Source of the DNA: an uncultured Ignavibacteria bacterium
GTDB lineage: Bacteria > Zixibacteria > MSB-5A5 > WJJR01
Assembly: GCA_964371625.1 (NCBI GenBank)
Contig: CAYJMP010000002.1
Location: forward strand, 197,034-261,033
Direction: 5' to 3'
DNA length: 64,000 nucleotides
Below are positions 57,455-64,000 of the stretch, one piece after another (position 1 is the stretch's first letter; each line of letters opens with the position of its first letter). The notes below the pieces were generated by a model. The model ran no database searches, was not told the DNA's origin, and saw only the letters and a list, made by a program, of their open reading frames with translations. The position numbers and the translations under genes are program-made.

Positions 57455-60400
57455 TTATCTGATCAGCGTCATCTTACGCGTGGCGTTCCACTTGGGAGTC
57501 ATCACGCGATAGAAGTAGACACCGCTGGCGACCTCGGAGCCGTCGCGGTCGCGGCCGTCCCAACTCACCCGGACATTGCTCGCATCCGCCGATCCCTCAA
57601 AGGTCCGGACAACCTGACCTAGAACGTTGTATATCGACACGTTCCAGTCCGTCGCCTCCTTCAGATCAAATCCAATCACCGTTCCGGCATTAAAGGGATT
57701 GGGATAATTCTGAAGCAATGCATACTCCGTGGGGACGATCGCTTTCGCCGCCGTCGTCGACAAGAGCGCCCCATGGGCATCGGACAATTGCACCTCCACC
57801 AACTCGATGGTGCCTTCACCATTTGTCGGGATGGACAACACGTCCTGATGACCGGCGCCGATAGTCGCCCACTCGCCTTCCCATGACGGATGAATGAGGA
57901 CGCGCAATTCCCCGGCATTGGCCAGATAACGGACAGTCATACCGGCTCCGCCAGCCATCAACGCCGGCTCTCCGACGGCCAGGCCCTCGTAGCGGAAGAC
58001 AAGCAAAGCGCCGCCCAAATCAACTGGCGCCGATGTCGCCACTGTCAGGTGTTTGTCCTCGACCCGGACCACAGCGGTCCCTGAATTCGCGTACGGCGAG
58101 AGCTTCGGCGAGCCGGTTCCCGTTCCGGGCGGGAACGGCTGCTCGTCGCCGGTGATGACGCGGATCAGGTAGATCAGGTCCGCCACCGTGAGGACGATGC
58201 CGTCATCGTTCACGTCGCTCGCCAGGATCTGGACCTCTTGCCAGGTCGGATCCCACACCCACGAACCATAGATGAAGTAGTTCGTGAACAGAACCGCGTC
58301 ACCGACCTCATTGGCGATGCCGTTGAGGTTGATATCGCCGCGGTCATCCGGTGGCTCCATGATGCACACATATCCGGTCGAGAAGCAGATTCCCGGAATC
58401 GGGTTGACCTTGGCGTTCGACTGGCAAGTATCAACAATCATCAGATGATCGACCCAGGTCGTATCGCCCGAGCGGCTCGATATCGTATTGTCGCCGCAAT
58501 CGAGCCAACAGAAGTTGATCGGCACACACTGGCCAATCAGGTTCCGGTCTGGAGAGACTTGGAAGGTCAATTCGGCGATTGAACCGATCGGATTGTACAC
58601 CGACTCCGGCGGCGTGATGCCATTGTTCATGTTCGCGATGCCGATCAGTCGCACGTACCCCGACGGGCAGGCGCCCACGCAGTTCCCGTTGGGTCCATAC
58701 CGGTACGTGAAGTACTCCCAATCCTCAATCGCCTCCGCGCTGTTGGCATACAAGAAGGTCAAGACCGATTGATCGTAGCAGATCAGGAAGTCAAACCCGC
58801 CGATGGGTCCCGCCACGCTGTCGATATTGACCGGCACAGTCACCTGCTGTCCGTTCAGGATCTGCAGCGTGCCGTCACCATCGCCGATCGACACGATCAG
58901 CAAGCAGTTACAGAGATCTTCATCGATGTCAAGGTAGACACAGAAGCTCTGCTGACACGATTCGCCGCAGGCGTCGGTGCAGCGGATCGTCACACACACC
59001 TGGCCGTTCCCAAACGGCGTGTAAACCCAGTTGCCGTTGATGAGACTGCCGGGGCCGTTGATGATCTGGCAACTGACGAGATTGCCGTCCGGATCAATGG
59101 CACCCACCGGAATCGAGACCTGCTGAGGAACGCAATTCTGATGGATCGTCAGATCTCCGGGAATCTGGCATTGCGGCGGGTCATTCAGATCAAATGTGAC
59201 CGTGAAATCGCCGTCCGCGTACGCGCCGCAGGAATCCGTCACGCGGAAAACGATCGTCACCACCTGATCGCTGTTGGAGTTGTAGCACCACTGACCGTTT
59301 GCGATCGTTCCCGGACCGCTGATTTTGGTAATCGTAACCGGTTTGCCCTCGGGATCGGTTCCGCAGACCGGCACACAGATCTGCGCGTTGTCACATTGCG
59401 AAACAGTCGTGTCGCTAACCTGACAGGCCACCGGCGGCTGATTGCGCGTTACGGTCACGTTGACCGTGTCGTAATCAGTCGCACCGCAAGTGTCCTGCAC
59501 GCGGGCCACGATCGTATAAACGCCACCGGCAGGAGGCGTGAAACAAACACGATTCAGCACCTGATCCAGCACCGCTCCGCCCGGACCGGCAATCAACGAC
59601 TCAGTGAGGGCGTTGCCGTTCGGATCGGTCGCAGTATAGTCGACGCAAATCGGCTCGGCGTTGCATTGGAACACGGCCTTGTCGGCGCCGAAGCTGATGG
59701 AAGGTGGATCGTTCGTGGTAACCGTTACAACCACCGTGTCACAATCGGTGAGCCCGCAACTGTCGGTCAGACACACAATGATCGGGAAGCTGCCCTCGCC
59801 GGCAGGAGTGAAACACACCTGGTTTGCGCCGGCATTCAACACCGCGCCGGCCGGACCTGAGGCGAGCACCTCACTCGAACCATTCAGGCCATTCGGGTCG
59901 CTTGTCGTGTAATTCACACAGATCTGCGCCGGCGTACATTGGAACACGTTTTGATCCGGACCGAATGCAATCACCGGCGGATCGTTAACCTGGACGCTGA
60001 CGTTGAAGCTGCTTTCACAGAAGTTATTGCAATCGTCGCTGCAACGGATCGTCACCGAGAAGGACGCGTCGCCGACCGGCGTGTAAGTCCAGTTGCCACT
60101 GACCACATTGCCCGGTCCAACCGTAACGACGCACGTCGGCGTCGCGTCACAGTTGTCTGTTGCCGACACCGGAATCGTGATCTGCGTCGGCGCGCATTGG
60201 AAGTAGTTGAACGGTCCCGCCGGAATGTTGCAGACCGGCGCCTGCGTATCCTGAACGGTGATGATCTGCGTGCAGGTTGCCTGATTGCCGCAATCATCGA
60301 CCGCGGTCCAGACTCGCGTGATTGTGCCCGAATAGCCGCCGCACCCTGTGAGATTCGGAGTCTCGACCAGAGTCGGAGCCACGCTCGGATCACAGTTGTC

Positions 60401-63400
60401 GGAGGCTGTCACTGTCGCAGCCGGCGGCACCGGGTCATTGCACGGAATCGTCGTGTTCGCCGGACAGCCCGAGAGCGTCGGCGCAACGTTGTCGATCACC
60501 GTGATGGTGCGCGAGCACTGCGCCTGGGCGCCGCATGAATCTGTCGCCGTATACGTGTCTGTGTAGACCAACGGGCTGGCAGTACAACCGGAGCCACCGT
60601 TGTCCGTGCGGTTGCAGATTACATTAACCGTCCCAGCGCCGCCGACTACCGTCACGTCGGCCGGATTGCACGCTGGAACTAGAGTCGCACACGTGAAGTT
60701 CAGATTACCCGGACAGGTGATCTGCGGCAGATTGCCCACATTGAACGTGACATCAAAGACTTTCTGGCAGAAGGCGTCACAGGCATCTGTGCACTTGATG
60801 GTGACCGTCACCGTGCCGCTGCTGACAGGCGTGTAACACCAGTTTCCACCGCTCAGGACACCCGGCCCACCGTCAATTAGACATTCAACGAGATTTCCGT
60901 CGCCATCCGTCGCCGAAACCGGGAGACAGACTTGCATCGGAGCGCACTGGAAGATCGTGGTGTCATTCGGCACCGAACACTCCGGAGCCTCATTCATCAC
61001 AAAGGTGACCGTGAATGTCTGTTCGCAGGTGAAATCGCAGGAATCCACGCAGCGGATCGATACGACGACGGTCTCGTCACCGCTCGGTGTGTAGCACCAG
61101 TTCCCGTTGAGCGTCCCCGGACCACTGATAATGGAACAAGACTTGAGGTTGCCATCAATGTCAGTGGCCGACACCGGCAGACAGACCGGCGTCGGGGCAC
61201 ACTGGAAGATGGTCGTGTCTGCCGGAACGGAGCATTCCGGTGGATCGTTTACCACAAAGGTCACGGTAAATGTGGCTTCACAATACAACCCGCATGAATC
61301 CGTGCAGCGGATTGTCACGGGGACATCAAAGCTCTTGTCGCCACCACCGGTCGGAGTGTAACACCACTCACCGTCAAAGATGCCGCCGTCGCCGCTGACA
61401 ACCTCGCAATTGTCGAGATTGCCATTCGGATCAATCGCGGAAACCGGAAGACAAACCTCCGTCGGCGTGCATTGGTAAATCGTCGTGTCATTCGGCACTT
61501 GGCAGACAGGCGCATCGTTGATGTCGATGGTCACATCAAACTGATCGGGACAGAAGCCCCCCAGTGTGTCATAACACCGTATGGTCACCGTAAATGACGT
61601 GTCCCCGGTCGGGGTGTAACACCACATACTGTCCGCGCCCAAAACGCCAGGACCATCGTAGACCACACAAGTCGTCGGCCCGTACATGCTCGTGGCGAAG
61701 ATCTTTCCAAGACAAATCTCCGTCGGCGTGCATTGCACCACCGCCGTGTCCTCGGGGATATGGCAGACAGGATTCTCGTGCGGCGAAATGAGTATGAAGA
61801 CGGTGTCGTAATCGACCGCGCCGCACGGGTCGGTCACACTGACAACAAGGAAGAAATTGTCCGCCACATCCGGAACGAAGCAATAGAGATTGGCCGATGT
61901 GTCGAGATAATAAGTACCGAGATTGCTGTACTCCAACTGCTCGACAAGGCCACCGAGTCCTTGTGGATCGCTGACTGCGTAGGATAAGCAGACCGTATCC
62001 CCATCGAGATTCTGGACAACATACGGGTCCGCGCCCAAGTCGATGTCCGGCGGATCGTTGAGCCCAAAGTCGACACTAAACGTCGCCTCGCAATAGGCGC
62101 CGCAGGCGTCGGTGCAACGGATCGTCACATTCGCGATTTCATCGCCCGTCGGTGTGTAGCACCAGTTCCCGCCCGACACCGTGCCCGGCCCCGCCACCAC
62201 CGCGCAACTGTTGAAGTTGCCGTCGGCATCGCTCGCCGAAACCGGCAGGCAGATCTCGGCGCCCGCGCATTGGAAGATCGCCGTGTCATTCGGAACACTG
62301 CACACCGGCGCTTCATTGATCTGGAACGTGACGCTGAACGTCTCTTCACAGTAGCTGCCGCAGGCGTCCGTACAACGAATGGTCACGTTTACCGTCTGAT
62401 CGCCTGACGGCGTGTAACACCAATTCCCTCCGGACAGTGACCCCGGCCCGTTCACAATCGCGCAACCGCTCAAGTTGCCGTTCACGTCCGAACCCGATAC
62501 TGGCAGGCAAACCTGCGCCGGAGCACATTGGAAGATCGTCGTATCGTTCGGGACAATACAGACCGGCGCGTCGTTGACATTGAACGTGACGCTGAAGGAC
62601 TCGTCACAAAATGCCCCGCAGGCATCGGTGCAACGGATCGTCACGTTGACCGTCTCGTCGCCCGATGGCGTGTAACACCAATTCCCGCCCGAGACTGTTC
62701 CCGGACCGACGACGACCGCGCAGCCCGAGAGGTTCCCATTCGGGTCGACAGAGGAGACGGCGCGGCAGACCTGGGTCGGCGCACATTGGAAATAGGTCGT
62801 GTCGCTGATCGGCGTGCAAACCGGGGCGTCGTTGATCTGGAACGTCACGCTAAAACTCTCGTCACAGTATGCGCCGCAGGCATCACTGCAACGAATCGTC
62901 ACATTGACCGTCTCGTCGCCTGACGGCGTGTAACACCAGTTGCCGCCCGAGACCGTACCCGGCCCAGTCAGCACTGCACAGCTGGCGAAGTTGCCGTTCA
63001 GATCGGTGGCGGATACGGGGCGACAAACCTCTGCCGGAGCACACTGGAAGTATGTCGTGTCACTGACCGAGACACACGCCGGCGCATCATTCATGCTGAA
63101 CGTGACGCTGAACGACTCCTCGCAATAGGCGCCGCAAGCATCGGTGCAACGAATCGTCACATTGACCGTCTCGTCGCCCGATGGCGTGTAGCACCAGTTC
63201 CCGGACGACAGCGTCCCGGGACCGTTGACAATGGCGCAGTTGCTCAGATTGCCGTCGGCATCGGTCGATAACACCGGCAGACACACCTGTGCAGGCGCGC
63301 ATTGGAAGAACGATGTATCCGGAATCGGCGTGCAGACCGGAGCCTCGTTAATGGCAAATGTCGCGCTGAAGGACTCATCGCAGAATGCGCCGCAGGCGTC

Positions 63401-64000
63401 GGTGCAACGGATCGTCACGTTGACCGTCTCGTCACCCGCCGGTGTGTAGCACCAGTTGCCGCCCGAGACCGTACCCGGTCCGGTCAAAACCGCGCAACTG
63501 CTGAAGTTGCCGTCCGCGTCCGTCGCCGAAACCGGACGGCAGACCTGCGTCGGTACGCATTGGAAGTATGAAGTATCCGCGAGAGCGACGCACGCGGGCG
63601 CCTCGTTGATATTAAAGGTGACGCTAAATGTCTCGTCGCAATAGGCGCCGCAGACATCGCTGCAACGGATGGTCACGTTCACTGTCTCATCGCCGGCGGG
63701 CGTGTAGCACCAGTTGCCGCCCGACACCGTTCCCGGCCCGCTCAGCACAGCACAACTGCTGAAATTGCCGTCGGCGTCGGTCGCCGAAACCGGACGACAG
63801 ACCTCTGCGGGGACACACTGGAAGTAGGTTGTGTCGGTTACCGCAGCACAGACGGGCGCCTCATTCATCTGGAACGTGACCTGGAATGTCTCGTCGCAGT
63901 AGGCGCCGCAGGCGTCGGTGCAGCGGATCGTCACGCTGACGACCTGGTCTCCCGACGGCGTGTAGCACCAATTCCCGCCAGACACCGTCCCCGGACCATT
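57455..64000 (-). CDS. Giant T9SS-secreted adhesin-like protein with tandem Cys-containing repeats, cohesin-like and dockerin-like modules; 5' end outside window
   Basis: More than 15 tandem ~100-aa repeats (NWCYTPxGDxxVxVTIRCxDxCGAxC); cohesin-like VTVPVNIDSVAGPIGGFDF; dockerin-like DINLNGIANEVGD...DVNDDGIVL; C-terminal sorting domain NYPNPFNAGT...KMTLIR; frame open to window end. Confidence 0.8.
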   Translation of the reverse strand, partial: NGPGTVSGGNWCYTPSGDQVVSVTIRCTDACGAYCDETFQVTFQMNEAPVCAAVTDTTYFQCVPAEVCRPVSATDADGNFSSCAVLSGPGTVSGGNWCYTPAGDETVNVTIRCSDVCGAYCDETFSVTFNINEAPACVALADTSYFQCVPTQVCRPVSATDADGNFSSCAVLTGPGTVSGGNWCYTPAGDETVNVTIRCTDACGAFCDESFSATFAINEAPVCTPIPDTSFFQCAPAQVCLPVLSTDADGNLSNCAIVNGPGTLSSGNWCYTPSGDETVNVTIRCTDACGAYCEESFSVTFSMNDAPACVSVSDTTYFQCAPAEVCRPVSATDLNGNFASCAVLTGPGTVSGGNWCYTPSGDETVNVTIRCSDACGAYCDESFSVTFQINDAPVCTPISDTTYFQCAPTQVCRAVSSVDPNGNLSGCAVVVGPGTVSGGNWCYTPSGDETVNVTIRCTDACGAFCDESFSVTFNVNDAPVCIVPNDTTIFQCAPAQVCLPVSGSDVNGNLSGCAIVNGPGSLSGGNWCYTPSGDQTVNVTIRCTDACGSYCEETFSVTFQINEAPVCSVPNDTAIFQCAGAEICLPVSASDADGNFNSCAVVAGPGTVSGGNWCYTPTGDEIANVTIRCTDACGAYCEATFSVDFGLNDPPDIDLGADPYVVQNLDGDTVCLSYAVSDPQGLGGLVEQLEYSNLGTYYLDTSANLYCFVPDVADNFFLVVSVTDPCGAVDYDTVFILISPHENPVCHIPEDTAVVQCTPTEICLGKIFATSMYGPTTCVVYDGPGVLGADSMWCYTPTGDTSFTVTIRCYDTLGGFCPDQFDVTIDINDAPVCQVPNDTTIYQCTPTEVCLPVSAIDPNGNLDNCEVVSGDGGIFDGEWCYTPTGGGDKSFDVPVTIRCTDSCGLYCEATFTVTFVVNDPPECSVPADTTIFQCAPTPVCLPVSATDIDGNLKSCSIISGPGTLNGNWCYTPSGDETVVVSIRCVDSCDFTCEQTFTVTFVMNEAPECSVPNDTTIFQCAPMQVCLPVSATDGDGNLVECLIDGGPGVLSGGNWCYTPVSSGTVTVTIKCTDACDAFCQKVFDVTFNVGNLPQITCPGNLNFTCATLVPACNPADVTVVGGAGTVNVICNRTDNGGSGCTASPLVYTDTYTATDSCGAQAQCSRTITVIDNVAPTLSGCPANTTIPCNDPVPPAATVTASDNCDPSVAPTLVETPNLTGCGGYSGTITRVWTAVDDCGNQATCTQIITVQDTQAPVCNIPAGPFNYFQCAPTQITIPVSATDNCDATPTCVVTVGPGNVVSGNWTYTPVGDASFSVTIRCSDDCNNFCESSFNVSVQVNDPPVIAFGPDQNVFQCTPAQICVNYTTSDPNGLNGSSEVLASGPAGAVLNAGANQVCFTPAGEGSFPIIVCLTDSCGLTDCDTVVVTVTTNDPPSISFGADKAVFQCNAEPICVDYTATDPNGNALTESLIAGPGGAVLDQVLNRVCFTPPAGGVYTIVARVQDTCGATDYDTVNVTVTRNQPPVACQVSDTTVSQCDNAQICVPVCGTDPEGKPVTITKISGPGTIANGQWCYNSNSDQVVTIVFRVTDSCGAYADGDFTVTFDLNDPPQCQIPGDLTIHQNCVPQQVSIPVGAIDPDGNLVSCQIINGPGSLINGNWVYTPFGNGQVCVTIRCTDACGESCQQSFCVYLDIDEDLCNCLLIVSIGDGDGTLQILNGQQVTVPVNIDSVAGPIGGFDFLICYDQSVLTFLYANSAEAIEDWEYFTYRYGPNGNCVGACPSGYVRLIGIANMNNGITPPESVYNPIGSIAELTFQVSPDRNLIGQCVPINFCWLDCGDNTISSRSGDTTWVDHLMIVDTCQSNAKVNPIPGICFSTGYVCIMEPPDDRGDINLNGIANEVGDAVLFTNYFIYGSWVWDPTWQEVQILASDVNDDGIVLTVADLIYLIRVITGDEQPFPPGTGTGSPKLSPYANSGTAVVRVEDKHLTVATSAPVDLGGALLVFRYEGLAVGEPALMAGGAGMTVRYLANAGELRVLIHPSWEGEWATIGAGHQDVLSIPTNGEGTIELVEVQLSDAHGALLSTTAAKAIVPTEYALLQNYPNPFNAGTVIGFDLKEATDWNVSIYNVLGQVVRTFEGSADASNVRVSWDGRDRDGSEVASGVYFYRVMTPKWNATRKMTLIR

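Noticed and set aside
1-64000. CRISPR arrays, integrases, transposases
   Set aside because: No regularly spaced direct repeats with unique spacers were seen, and no ORF has recognisable integrase or transposase motifs; the islands therefore cannot be called mobile elements from sequence alone.

Overview
64-kb window from a visibly GC-rich bacterial chromosome, read by eye without tools. T9SS-type C-terminal sorting domains suggest an FCB-group-like uncultured lineage (inference). The backbone is housekeeping: korAB, apbC, rluD, lepA, ispE-spoVG-tRNA-Gln-prs-rplY, purU, lptB, tsaD, nadC, birA. Accessory content stands out in four places. (1) A visibly AT-richer two-gene island at 35981-39828 encodes a GHKL/MORC-like ATPase fused to a PD-(D/E)xK-like nuclease motif, followed by an overlapping SPPY-motif DNA methyltransferase; this is my best candidate for an uncharacterised restriction/defence-type system. 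(2) A translationally coupled minus-strand operon at 46160-57034 encodes a possible dihaem-b membrane protein, a ~20-haem cytochrome c, a giant ~70-haem cytochrome c, an outer-membrane beta-barrel and a ferredoxin/FAD oxidoreductase, consistent with an extracellular electron transfer conduit. (3) A tandem-rhodanese lipoprotein is coupled to a ~10-haem lipoprotein cytochrome whose reading frame is interrupted by a single in-frame TGA followed by a hairpin. (4) Several repeat families sit in intergenic regions, including 43-bp inverted hairpin repeats bracketing an AT-richer secreted-protein gene and a dispersed palindromic element that brackets a sulfatase-fold gene. A giant T9SS cohesin/dockerin adhesin runs off the 3' end of the window. 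All functional calls are from motif recognition in the supplied translations; start codons are approximate and no database search was run.
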